Below, piece after piece: positions 20,245-28,209 of a stretch of 37,506 bases of DNA; the first letter of the stretch is position 1; every line of letters begins with the position of its first letter. The notes beneath the pieces are model-generated. The model was not told where the DNA came from and ran no database searches. It saw only the letters and a list, made by a program, of their open reading frames with translations. The position numbers and the translations under genes are program-made. Origin of the DNA: a virus (taxonomy: Duplodnaviria > Heunggongvirae > Uroviricota > Caudoviricetes); the IMG/VR virus record IMGVR_UViG_2718218098_000004; one strand, written 5' to 3'.

Positions 20245-20868
20245 CTAACGTGTGACCGCATTCAAAATGTTGTCTGCGATTGACTCTTCTTTGTGGCATT
20301 GCACCACCAGGGCGTCATACAGCGGCTTAACAGTGCGTGACCAGGTGGGTTGGGTAAGATTTGGGATTAGCATCGTCACAGCGCGATATGCGGCGCTTGC
20401 TGGCATCCTTGAATAGCCGACACCTTTGCATCTTCCGCACTCTTTCTCAACAACTCTCCCCCACTGCTCTGTTTTTGCTATATCAACTGCCCGACCTGTA
20501 CCGTGGCAATCTCTGCATCTTGCGCCCGGCGTCGCGGCACTACGGCAATAATCCGCATAAGCGAATGTTGCGAGCACTTGCAGCACCTTTGCCTTAGTAT
20601 TTCCTTCGAGCTTTGCCACACCCCGGTATTTCCCCGATACCTTGTGTGCAAATTGCATCAGATAGTTGATAGCCTTTTGTTTGTCGTTCTGGCTGAGTTC
20701 GTGCTTACCGCAGAATGCAGCCATACCGAATCCGGCTTGTGATTGCGCCATCCCCATAGCAGCCATCACATCAGTACCGGAAAGAGAGTCAGAAGCCGTA
20801 GCCCGTGGTGAGTCGCTCATCATCGGGCTTTTTGGCGAATGAAATTTAGCTACGCTTTCGAGTCTCAT
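20245..20868 (-). CDS. Q: Late antiterminator Q (lambda Q-like)
   Basis: 207 aa; sequence appears collinear with lambda Q as recalled, including the Cys-rich zinc-binding region. Confidence 0.9.
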   Translation of the reverse strand: MRLESVAKFHSPKSPMMSDSPRATASDSLSGTDVMAAMGMAQSQAGFGMAAFCGKHELSQNDKQKAINYLMQFAHKVSGKYRGVAKLEGNTKAKVLQVLATFAYADYCRSAATPGARCRDCHGTGRAVDIAKTEQWGRVVEKECGRCKGVGYSRMPASAAYRAVTMLIPNLTQPTWSRTVKPLYDALVVQCHKEESIADNILNAVTR

Positions 20869-21053
20869 CGTCTTCCTCTCTTGCCCTGTTTGACCATCAG
20901 GACGCCGTTAACTATTACGTGACGTTCGCCTTTGCTGTCTCGGTTGTACTTGAGCACCGTTCCTCTTGCGCAGGAAAGCATCCTCGCCACTTCGGTCTGA
21001 TTGCCTCGTGTCTGTATAAGAAGCTCTGGTATCGTTTGAATTGTGGCGTTCAT
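20865..21053 (-). CDS. ninH: NinH-like small DNA-binding protein
   Basis: IPELLIQTRGNQTEVARMLSCARGTVLKY resembles lambda NinH; ATGA-type overlap with Q. Confidence 0.65.
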   Translation of the reverse strand: MNATIQTIPELLIQTRGNQTEVARMLSCARGTVLKYNRDSKGERHVIVNGVLMVKQGKRGRR

Positions 21054-21412
21054 ACGTTCTCCAGTTCGGTGATTTTTATTCCAAGCCGTCCGCCTGGTAC
21101 TTTCACACCACGAATTACGCGAATGTCATCGAATTGCTCGTCGTCTTCCGCAAATCCGGCGTGGATAAGGGAGTCGAGTAAACCTTTCAGGATGTTATCG
21201 AGGTCTCGGCGGCGGGAGTCTGGAACGTCTGCGATGACTTTGATGCGGAGTCGTGATTTGGTGAAAATGTCTAACTTAAGTTGGCGGATGATTTGCTGAA
21301 CGTCTTTTCGGTATTTCTGGCCTTTATCGCTGATGTAGTATTGGCTTCCCCGTCTTCGCCAGTAGGTATTCACCGACGGCGGGTATGGAAGCACAAACTG
21401 ATATTCGTTCAT
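21050..21412 (-). CDS. rusA: RusA-family Holliday junction resolvase
   Basis: 120 aa; motif DSRRRDLDNILKGLLDSL and overall collinearity with E. coli RusA. Confidence 0.9.
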   Translation of the reverse strand: MNEYQFVLPYPPSVNTYWRRRGSQYYISDKGQKYRKDVQQIIRQLKLDIFTKSRLRIKVIADVPDSRRRDLDNILKGLLDSLIHAGFAEDDEQFDDIRVIRGVKVPGGRLGIKITELENV

Positions 21413-21699
21413 GGCTTAATCTTCCCCTCCTTCAGCAGTATCGCCTGCGTCCTGATCACGCCTTCAAGGTGGTAAAGTCTGGCGTCTTTGTTGTCGAGAT
21501 TATGGGTGCGTCGGTCGATTTCATCGTGACACGCGCTACAAGCCCATGCGCCGATCAGGTCGTCAGGCTTCATTCCCGTTCCGCAAATTCCAGCCATCCG
21601 GTAATGTGCCAGAACTGTAGTTTCAGGATTGCCATTGCATATGCCGTAAATACGTACCTGGCATTCTCTGCCGCGTGCTTCTTTGCGTAGGTTAGCCAT
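21409..21699 (-). CDS. YbcO-like protein (DUF1364), putative zinc-binding nuclease
   Basis: MANLRKEARGRECQVRI...CSACHDEIDRRTH resembles DLP12 YbcO as recalled. Confidence 0.65.
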   Translation of the reverse strand: MANLRKEARGRECQVRIYGICNGNPETTVLAHYRMAGICGTGMKPDDLIGAWACSACHDEIDRRTHNLDNKDARLYHLEGVIRTQAILLKEGKIKP

Positions 21700-22421
21700 T
21701 AAGCAGCCTCCCCTGTTACTTTCAGCATTCCGTTATCGAGCAGCTTTCTGGTCAGCCACTGTTGACCACGCCCGGTGATTTTTGTGGTGAACGATATCTG
21801 TATTCCGTGATTTGTGTTGACCGCTGTTTCTTTCACTGTGAAATAGCCGCGATCCATATATTCCTGCATTGGCACATTGCGCCGGGAACCTGAAGCAATA
21901 AGGATTTTGTGATCGCGCATCCACGCAAACAGTTTGTTTGGACCAATTCCAACAACCTTTGCAAAGTTTCCAATCAAAATTCCACTGGCCTCGCCAACGC
22001 GATCGGCAAACTCAACTTTAGGTGCGGCAATTGCGAGCTGGTTTTCCAGCTGCATTTTCTGCTCAGCAAGATCAGCAGCAAGGCGCAACGCTTCCGGTAG
22101 CGTTTTGGGGATATTAACCGCAGCTTCTTCAAGCTCTCGCCAACGGTCAACAAGGCGAGCGGTGAACTCTGGCGACAACTGGGCAACAACGACAATACTG
22201 TCTCGCTTACCTTGTTCGCCCTCGAAGACGTAATGCTCGTACTGAACATTGAACCCTAAGTTATTGATTCTTTCGGAAACCTCAATTTGAGGAAGCCGGA
22301 TAACACCATTTTTAGCCAGCGTTTCGATGGTACGTTTCACATTGTCATGACGCTTACCCACCAACTCAGCGATTTCAATGCTTGTCATTTTGATGACATT
22401 GCCATTTATTAACTCATTCAT
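21699..22421 (-). CDS. Rha-family regulatory protein with C-terminal KilAC/ANT antirepressor-like domain
   Basis: N-terminal MTSIEIAELVGKRHDNVKRTIETL (Rha-like HTH) and C-terminal GNFAKVVGIGPNKLFAWMRDHKIL (KilAC-like). Confidence 0.7.
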   Translation of the reverse strand: MNELINGNVIKMTSIEIAELVGKRHDNVKRTIETLAKNGVIRLPQIEVSERINNLGFNVQYEHYVFEGEQGKRDSIVVVAQLSPEFTARLVDRWRELEEAAVNIPKTLPEALRLAADLAEQKMQLENQLAIAAPKVEFADRVGEASGILIGNFAKVVGIGPNKLFAWMRDHKILIASGSRRNVPMQEYMDRGYFTVKETAVNTNHGIQISFTTKITGRGQQWLTRKLLDNGMLKVTGEAA

Positions 22422-22590
22422 CGTCTTCTTCCTCGTACATTGAGCTATTCGGATCGCTCATCAGTTCTGCGCAGCAGTGCTCACACACGTGAACTTCCAG
22501 CACATGCAGCTTCTGACCGCAGTTAGCGCACGTTAAAGCCCGCTCGACGCTTTCTTTCTGGTATTGAAGGGATTGGGATGGGCTAAGCAT
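22414..22590 (-). CDS. ninF: NinF-like small zinc-binding protein
   Basis: From [40 protein letters not shown] resembles lambda NinF; start at the internal ATG at 22588-22590. Confidence 0.7.
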   Translation of the reverse strand: MLSPSQSLQYQKESVERALTCANCGQKLHVLEVHVCEHCCAELMSDPNSSMYEEEDDE

Positions 22591-22990
22591 GGCTTTCACC
22601 ATTAAAAAGTCGCTTGTAAGCATCGATGTCTCGTTTTGCTTCACCGAGCTTTCGTCTTAATTCCATGTTTTCTGATTCAAGCTTTTCCATGTCTTGTTGG
22701 TATCGATCGCGGTGTTCTTTCCATGCTTTTCGATACGCCTTCATGTATGTCGTTTTGGCCTTTCTCTTTGCCTGACGAACTGCGTGGTGGTTTTTCACAA
22801 ACCAGTCAGGGTCGTTAAATGCTGCTCTGGCGCATGTATACCAATAATTTGTTGCCTCCCTGTTTAGCCAATAAATACTGATAAATGGCAACCGGATAGA
22901 CACCATTTTTCGTTGTGACTCTTTCTCGCCAAACATGTGGCCTTTTTTGATGCTAAGGCCAAATCCAGGTTGAATTAAAAGCATTGTCAT
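22583..22990 (-). CDS. Hypothetical nin-region protein (135 aa) with coiled-coil C-terminus
   Basis: ATGA overlap with the ninE stop at 22987-22990; no family recognised. Confidence 0.5.
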   Translation of the reverse strand: MTMLLIQPGFGLSIKKGHMFGEKESQRKMVSIRLPFISIYWLNREATNYWYTCARAAFNDPDWFVKNHHAVRQAKRKAKTTYMKAYRKAWKEHRDRYQQDMEKLESENMELRRKLGEAKRDIDAYKRLFNGESHA

Positions 22991-23163
22991 TTCCTCGCAC
23001 GATGTCTTAGCCACCGGATATCCCACAGGTGAGCCGTGTAATTGAAGGTTTTTACGTCAGATTCTTTTGGGATTGGCTTGCGTTTATTTCTGGAGCGTTT
23101 CGTTGGAAGGTATTTGCAGTTTTCACAGATGATATCGGTGAAACTTCGTCGCTGTCGCCTCAT
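22987..23163 (-). CDS. ninE: NinE-like protein
   Basis: [58 protein letters not shown] resembles lambda NinE; start at the internal ATG overlapping the upstream stop. Confidence 0.7.
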   Translation of the reverse strand: MRRQRRSFTDIICENCKYLPTKRSRNKRKPIPKESDVKTFNYTAHLWDIRWLRHRARK

Positions 23164-23687
23164 GCCGCCCTCCTGACGCCCTGCCCGATCGCCATCAATG
23201 CCGCTTTGGATACGGTAGTAAACATCCGTCGAGGACTGATGAACGGTCGCCAAATCAGCAGCATGGAACCTTTGCTGTTTCCCTTCTTCTCCAGCCCTGT
23301 CGATGGTTCGATAAAATTAATCCGTCCATCAGTGATAATACGAACTTCGTCAACACTCTCCAGAGCCTTGCTGAACCATCCGACAGACATATCCTCTGGC
23401 ACAAGCATCACTACCGTCTGTCGCTGTTGTATGCACTGCTCAGCGGCTTTTTCCACCCACGGCCTGATATTGCTGTACGGTGGGTTATTCCAGATTGCAC
23501 CGTGGCTTACCCACTCAGAATTGAGCGCGTCGTCGGCCTCAGTTAGCCAGTGAGCACACAGAGCATTTTTGTCGCTCGCTGCCGAATCCAGCCAGAATCC
23601 AAACTCAATATCCAGTGCATCAAAAAGCCAAAGCGGCGTTTGCCAGCAGTCCTTGTCGTGTGCTGGCGTATTTGATTTGATAGTCAT
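23160..23687 (-). CDS. Phage Dam-like DNA N6-adenine methyltransferase
   Basis: NPPY catalytic motif (IWNNPPYSN) and [10 protein letters not shown] region; start at the ATG at 23685-23687 (ATGA overlap with ninB). Confidence 0.75.
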   Translation of the reverse strand: MTIKSNTPAHDKDCWQTPLWLFDALDIEFGFWLDSAASDKNALCAHWLTEADDALNSEWVSHGAIWNNPPYSNIRPWVEKAAEQCIQQRQTVVMLVPEDMSVGWFSKALESVDEVRIITDGRINFIEPSTGLEKKGNSKGSMLLIWRPFISPRRMFTTVSKAALMAIGQGVRRAA

Positions 23688-24124
23688 GCAGCCCGATCTC
23701 CCCATCTCGCTTTCCACTCCAGAGCCAGTCTCGCTTCGTCTGACCACTTAACGCCACGCTCTGTACCGAATGCCTGTATAAGCTCTAATAGCTCCGCAAA
23801 TTCTCCTACACGCATCCTGCTGGTTGACTGGCCTATTACCACAAAGCCATTCCCGGCAAGGTTAGGAACAACATCCTGCTGCTTTAATGCTGCGGTAAAC
23901 ACACACTTCCAGCTTTCTGCATCCAGCCAGCGACCATGCCATTCAACCTGACGAGAGACGTCACCAAGGCAAGCCCAAAGCTTTCGATTCTGGTCTAAGC
24001 TGCGGTTGCGTTCCTGAATGGTTACTACGATTGGTTTGGTTGGGTCTGGAAGGATTTGCTGTACTGCGTGAATAGCGTTTTGCTGATGTGCTGGAGATCG
24101 AATTTCAAAGGTTAGTTTTTTCAT
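23684..24124 (-). CDS. ninB: NinB recombination protein
   Basis: 146 aa, collinear with lambda NinB as recalled. Confidence 0.85.
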   Translation of the reverse strand: MKKLTFEIRSPAHQQNAIHAVQQILPDPTKPIVVTIQERNRSLDQNRKLWACLGDVSRQVEWHGRWLDAESWKCVFTAALKQQDVVPNLAGNGFVVIGQSTSRMRVGEFAELLELIQAFGTERGVKWSDEARLALEWKARWGDRAA

Positions 24125-24138
24125 GACTCCCTCTCCCC

Positions 24139-24171
24139 CAAATAAAAAGGCCTGCGATTACCAGCAGGCCT
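24139..24171 (-). terminator. tR2-like intrinsic terminator between the helicase gene and the nin region
   Basis: Minus-strand RNA AGGCCUGC-UGGUAAUC-GCAGGCCU (perfect 8-bp stem) followed by UUUUAUU; same position as lambda tR2. Confidence 0.7.
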
Positions 24172-24199
24172 GTTATTAGCTCAGTGATGTAGATGGTCA

Positions 24200-25636
24200 T
24201 CAGAATCCTCCTTTCTTCTTGGACTGCGGTTCCTCGCGTTCACGGCGGCGCATTTCAGCAGACTGTTGGTCTGTGTCATAAATAGCGCCATTTGCCTGAA
24301 TGCAATACACCGTGCCGGTATTGCCATGACGATTGAGACGAAGGATTAGTTCGGTTTCACCAGGTGGAACACTGTCATCAAAAGCACCTTCACGATGGAT
24401 CCCCACCCAATAATCGCAATCCTGTTCAATCTGCCCTGTATCTCGTGAGTCACTTGGTAATGGGCGTTTATTGGTTCGGCTTTCCAGTGCGCGGTTAAGC
24501 TGTGTCAGAAGCACAACAACGCAATCAAGCTCTTTGGCAATGTTCTTCAGTCCTTTGGTGATCATGCCGTAAGCAAGGTCGTTGCGATCGGCCTTCTCAG
24601 CGGTCATTAGTGTCAGGTAATCGACCAGAATCATGCCAACACATCCTTTTTCTCGCTTGATTCGACGGCTTTCGCTGACGATTTGAGCCAGAGATAATCC
24701 AGGCGTGTCGTCGATGTAAAGCAGGTCGATTTCACTCAAGCGATTGGCTGTTTCGATCGCCCTGTTGAAGTCACCATCGTAATCACCCTGATAGCCGTCA
24801 TCAGCGTCATTTGTCGCCGGAAGGTAAAAAATATTCGGGTTAACACCTGACTTCTGTCCTACCAGTTTTTCCAGTATCTGGTCACCGGGCATTTCAAGGC
24901 TGAACATCAGAGCGGGCTTTTTCTCATGCACTGCGCAGTTGATTGCCATCTGGCTGTATAGCGTCGTTTTCCCCATCTTAGGGCGAGCGCCAATGACAAA
25001 CAGAGAGCCTTTCACCAGGCCTTTCGGTGACAGCATCCTGTCCAGCGATGGGATCCCTGTGCTCATTCCTCGTTGTTCGCCTGACGGGTCAAATCGCTTC
25101 TCAAGGTCGCTAACCCAGTCTTCCATGACCTCACCAAATGAGCGAAGGCCGCGACGCGATCCGGTTTTTGCATGGTCTGTCAGTTGCGTGAAAATCGACT
25201 GAATAGCTTCGTACTTCTGCGTTGCAGTCATTCCGTTGCGGGAATAGAGCAATTCCGTCGCTTCAGTCATGCGGTTGATGGCGTAGCGTTCCATTGCGGT
25301 TTCACGAACCTGCATTGCATAGGCAACGATGTTTGCTGCGCTTGGCGTGTTCTTTGCGATCTCAGCGATATAAGCAAAACCGCCAACAGACACCGTTAAC
25401 GATTTACGCTCCAGTTCATCGAAAAGCGTCAGGCCATCTACTGGCTTTTGCTCCCGGTGCATTCTGGTTATTTCTTCGAAAAGGATTTTGTGTGGTCGGC
25501 TGTAAAATGAATCGGGCTTCAGCATCGCCAGAACTTTCTGGACGCGCTCACTGCTGTCATCATCCAGAAGCAATCCACCAATCACCGCCTGCTCTGCCTC
25601 GATGCTATGGGGCGGCGCATAAAAATTATCGGTCAT
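24200..25636 (-). CDS. Replicative DNA helicase (DnaB family; P22 gene 12-like)
   Basis: DnaB N-terminal domain plus Walker A GARPKMGKTT; start placed at the ATG at 25634-25636 preceded by GAGG. Confidence 0.9.
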   Translation of the reverse strand: MTDNFYAPPHSIEAEQAVIGGLLLDDDSSERVQKVLAMLKPDSFYSRPHKILFEEITRMHREQKPVDGLTLFDELERKSLTVSVGGFAYIAEIAKNTPSAANIVAYAMQVRETAMERYAINRMTEATELLYSRNGMTATQKYEAIQSIFTQLTDHAKTGSRRGLRSFGEVMEDWVSDLEKRFDPSGEQRGMSTGIPSLDRMLSPKGLVKGSLFVIGARPKMGKTTLYSQMAINCAVHEKKPALMFSLEMPGDQILEKLVGQKSGVNPNIFYLPATNDADDGYQGDYDGDFNRAIETANRLSEIDLLYIDDTPGLSLAQIVSESRRIKREKGCVGMILVDYLTLMTAEKADRNDLAYGMITKGLKNIAKELDCVVVLLTQLNRALESRTNKRPLPSDSRDTGQIEQDCDYWVGIHREGAFDDSVPPGETELILRLNRHGNTGTVYCIQANGAIYDTDQQSAEMRRREREEPQSKKKGGF

Positions 25637-26453
25637 CGTGTTCACCCTCACGAACTTTCAGGTAGGTATTGTCGTTAAGCAGGAAATCAAATCCCTTTTT
25701 GTGCCAGACGGTTCCGCGTTGATGGTTTGGACGCTCTTCGAACATCCATCGGCAATTTTCGCCTACGTAGCTCAAATAATTTCTCCAGTCCTGCATCGTG
25801 AACCCATGTCCGTCAAGCTGGCGGGTTATCACTCCGGCTTTGCGCCAGAACGTTCGGATCTGGTTTTTACGCTTGTCATTCAGTGCGCGGATTCTTGGCG
25901 CTTCAGGAAGGATTTCGTGGTAAGCATCGACAACATCCTGACAGCTAACGGAAGGTTTTTTCTTGTCAGACTTTTTGTCTGCTGTGGCACTCTCTAATAC
26001 GTCAGTATTAGAGATATTATTTATATTATTGTTTATGGACAACCGTTGGACAACCGTTGGACAATCTCCGCTGAGAGCCGCACCATTACTGGTGTTTGCG
26101 TTGGACAACCGTTGGGCAACCGTTGGAAAATTTTTTGCCTGAAAATCGTCATATTTAACGATTGTAAACAGGCTAAATTTCTTCCCCATCGAGCAAATAT
26201 TAAGCATCCCTTTCGACTCAAAAGTCCGTAATAAGCTCCGAACTTTGTTGTCGGGGATGAATGTTTCTCTGACCAGCGACGGGCGTCCAGTTATCATCTG
26301 ACCGCGATCAACAGTTATCGGACCGATATCCGTATTGACGACAGTAGATTCGTGATTAGCCTTGAGGATTAAGTGAAGCCAAAGATGTACTGCCTGAGAG
26401 TCCTTATAGAGCCTGCTGTCCATAAACTGGCGGTGTATAGAGACATACCCCAT
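25626..26453 (-). CDS. Replication initiator protein (lambda O / P22 gene 18 analogue) containing the origin iterons
   Basis: Position between c1 and helicase; iterons inside the coding frame (PTVAQRLS / PTVVQRLS repeats); AGGAGG 8 nt before the ATG at 26451-26453. Confidence 0.8.
   Translation of the reverse strand: MGYVSIHRQFMDSRLYKDSQAVHLWLHLILKANHESTVVNTDIGPITVDRGQMITGRPSLVRETFIPDNKVRSLLRTFESKGMLNICSMGKKFSLFTIVKYDDFQAKNFPTVAQRLSNANTSNGAALSGDCPTVVQRLSINNNINNISNTDVLESATADKKSDKKKPSVSCQDVVDAYHEILPEAPRIRALNDKRKNQIRTFWRKAGVITRQLDGHGFTMQDWRNYLSYVGENCRWMFEERPNHQRGTVWHKKGFDFLLNDNTYLKVREGEHDDR
25985..26036. other. AT-rich region flanking the iterons (candidate DNA-unwinding element of the origin)
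   Basis: Run of A/T-rich sequence (aatacgtcagtattagagatattatttatattattgtttatgg) next to the iteron block. Confidence 0.5.
26038..26127. repeat. Origin iterons: four direct copies of CAACCGTTGG(A) in two tandem pairs about 45 bp apart
   Basis: Copies at 26040-26050, 26051-26061, 26106-26115, 26117-26127. Confidence 0.75.
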
Positions 26454-26538
26454 ACTGGATGCCTCCTGATTTTGTACAGGGTTATGCCTGTAATCAGCTA
26501 ACTTAACGACGCCCATGTTTCACTCCTGCTTTGGCTAG

Positions 26539-26664
26539 TCAGTAAACACCAACAAGGCGCTCTGCGAACGCCCTGTTATTTGCTGCGGCTACCACTAATC
26601 CCTCAGGTGAATCAGGGTGTCGAATCTCTTCTTTTTCCTGGTATTTCTTACGACGTTTTGTCAT
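26539..26664 (-). CDS. Candidate small ORF (41 aa) between c1 and the initiator gene
   Basis: GGAG 6 nt before ATG at 26662-26664; P22 has a small ORF at the same position as I recall. Confidence 0.3.
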   Translation of the reverse strand: MTKRRKKYQEKEEIRHPDSPEGLVVAAANNRAFAERLVGVY

Positions 26665-26698
26665 AATTACTCCTGTGGATTGATCCACTCTTTCTACA

Positions 26699-26977
26699 TC
26701 AGGCCTCGAAGAATTCGCCGTTCTTCGGGGCTTTTTCTTTTGTCAGCATTCTGGCTACTTTCTTAGCCAGTTCCGCCAACTCCTCGTCTTCAACACCCCA
26801 TTCAAGAACAGCCAGAAGCATTCCCATTTTGGGGATGAAGCTGTCTTTCCATCGCGAAATTTGCGATTCATTAATCCCTAACGCGTCGGCAACCTTTCGC
26901 TGACCACGTACAGCAATTCGATTCAGGATGTTGCTTGTAATTGCATTCGCTTTCTTGCGAGTACTTGTAAGTTCCAT
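26699..26977 (-). CDS. c1: CII-family transcriptional activator (P22 C1-like)
   Basis: From MELTSTRKKANAITSNILNRIAVRGQRKVADALGINESQISRWK resembles P22 C1 / lambda CII; start at the ATG at 26975-26977. Confidence 0.85.
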   Translation of the reverse strand: MELTSTRKKANAITSNILNRIAVRGQRKVADALGINESQISRWKDSFIPKMGMLLAVLEWGVEDEELAELAKKVARMLTKEKAPKNGEFFEA

Positions 26978-27034
26978 ATGTAAGTATTTCCTTAACAAAT
27001 AAGAAGTTATGCGCATCAACTTATGCGCGTTGTA

Positions 27035-27078
27035 TTCCCGCATTTCGGCGGGAATGAGGACCATGACTGTTAAAGAGC
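27035..27078 (-). promoter_or_regulatory. nutR: boxA GCTCTTTAACA followed by boxB hairpin UCCCGC-CGAAAU-GCGGGA in the cro-c1 interval
   Basis: Identical boxA and boxB sequences recur on the plus strand downstream of PL. Confidence 0.7.
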
Positions 27079-27085
27079 AATTTGC

Positions 27086-27271
27086 TTATGCCGCTTTGCG
27101 GTAAGCGCTTTCTTGATACTTCAGGGCGCCAGCTGTAACGACTTCCAGTCGATAGGCGTCTTTCTCTGGGATGACTTCCTTCCACTGAGAGACTGCTGCG
27201 TCGCTAATGCCTAACGCTTTAGCTACAGCACGCTGGGTTCCGAAGTGGTCGATAACATCTTTCTTGTACAT
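27086..27271 (-). CDS. cro: Cro repressor (P22 Cro-like)
   Basis: 61 aa, near-identical to P22 Cro as recalled (MYKKDVIDHFGTQRAVAKALGISDAAVSQWKEVIPEKDAYRLE). Confidence 0.9.
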   Translation of the reverse strand: MYKKDVIDHFGTQRAVAKALGISDAAVSQWKEVIPEKDAYRLEVVTAGALKYQESAYRKAA

Positions 27272-27285
27272 AGACTCGCTCCGAA

Positions 27286-27351
27286 ATTAAAGAACACTTA
27301 AATTATCCACTAAAGGAATCTTAAGTCAAGTTTATTTAAGATGTCTTAACT
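27286..27351. promoter_or_regulatory. Right operator: three 18-bp P22-type sites, OR1 27286-27303, OR2 27309-27326, OR3 27334-27351
   Basis: Each fits ANTNAAG-N4-CTTNANT: ATTAAAGAACACTTAAAT, ACTAAAGGAATCTTAAGT, ATTTAAGATGTCTTAACT. Confidence 0.8.
27301..27329 (-). promoter_or_regulatory. PR promoter for cro (-35 TTGACT, 17-bp spacer, -10 ATAATT), overlapping OR1 and OR2
   Basis: Hexamers read on the minus strand upstream of cro. Confidence 0.7.
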
Positions 27352-28002
27352 ATGAAAACTCAATTGATGGGAGAGCGCATTCGCGCTCGGAGAAAAGAAC
27401 TCAAGATCAGGCAGGCCGCACTTGGAAAGATGGTCGGCGTGTCTAATGTTGCCATATCTCAGTGGGAACGCTCTGAGACAGAGCCAAATGGAGAGAATCT
27501 TCTCGCCCTGGCTAATGCGTTGAAGTGTTCCCCTGACTATCTGATGAAAGGAGAGGAAAGTCTTTCAAACATTGCCTATCACAGTAGGCATGATCCAAGA
27601 GGGTCATACCCTCTGATTAGCTGGGTGAGCGCAGGATGCTGGATGGAAGCTGTAGAACCATATCATAAGCGTGCAATAGATAACTGGTACGATACAACCG
27701 TAGCCTGTTCAGAAGATTCGTTTTGGTTGGACGTGAAGGGAGACTCAATGACGGCTCCGGCCGGTCTCAGTATCCCTGAAGGAATGATAATACTCGTCGA
27801 TCCTGAAGTAGAGCCGCGTAACGGGAAACTGGTAGTTGCAAAGCTCGAAGGAGAAAACGAGGCAACTTTCAAGAAGTTAGTTATTGATGCAGGCAGGAAG
27901 TTTCTAAAACCACTTAACCCACAATATCCGATGATCGAGATCAACGGAAACTGCAAAATCATCGGCGTAGTTGTCGATGCAAAACTAGCAAACCTTCCAT
28001 AA
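27352..28002 (+). CDS. c2: C2 repressor (P22 C2, lambda CI family) with LexA-like autocleavage domain
   Basis: 216 aa, near-collinear with P22 C2 as recalled, including the HTH GKMVGVSNVAISQWERSE and the C-terminal peptidase region. Confidence 0.95.
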   Translation: MKTQLMGERIRARRKELKIRQAALGKMVGVSNVAISQWERSETEPNGENLLALANALKCSPDYLMKGEESLSNIAYHSRHDPRGSYPLISWVSAGCWMEAVEPYHKRAIDNWYDTTVACSEDSFWLDVKGDSMTAPAGLSIPEGMIILVDPEVEPRNGKLVVAKLEGENEATFKKLVIDAGRKFLKPLNPQYPMIEINGNCKIIGVVVDAKLANLP

Positions 28003-28028
28003 GGGGGCATTCGCCCCTTTTTTTTATT
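28003..28028 (+). terminator. Intrinsic terminator immediately after c2
   Basis: Stem GGGGGC/GCCCC(U) with loop AUUC followed by nine U residues. Confidence 0.8.
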
Positions 28029-28093
28029 TCCTTTAAAAATCAAAGCCAAACTTAAGTTACGAAAGAAAATTTAAGTTTTCTTCAAAAATACTC

Positions 28094-28122
28094 TTGACCA
28101 TTAATTAAAGAGATCTTAAATT
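28094..28122 (+). promoter_or_regulatory. PL promoter (-35 TTGACC, 17-bp spacer, -10 TAAATT) with OL1 operator ATTAAAGAGATCTTAAAT (28104-28121) in the spacer
   Basis: Hexamers and an 18-bp site fitting the same pattern as the OR sites; a weaker OL2 candidate lies at 28069-28086. Confidence 0.7.
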
Positions 28123-28168
28123 TAAGCCATCAGCAGGACGCTGGAAGCCAAACGGAACAGATTGGCAG

Positions 28169-28209
28169 GCTCTTTAACATTGATGGGATTGTCCCGCCGA
28201 AATGCGGGA
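28169..28209 (+). promoter_or_regulatory. nutL: boxA GCTCTTTAACA (28169-28179) and boxB hairpin UCCCGC-CGAAAU-GCGGGA (28192-28209), about 40 nt downstream of PL
   Basis: Same boxA and boxB as nutR. Confidence 0.7.

Noticed and set aside
19907-20283. Track ORFs 19907-20104 and 20080-20283 on the plus strand
   Set aside because: They lie antisense within the PR' promoter, tR' and leader region and have no start context
26038-26127. Direct repeats considered as a possible CRISPR array
   Set aside because: Units are only 10-11 bp, arranged as two tandem pairs inside a coding frame with no unique spacers or cas genes; they are origin iterons
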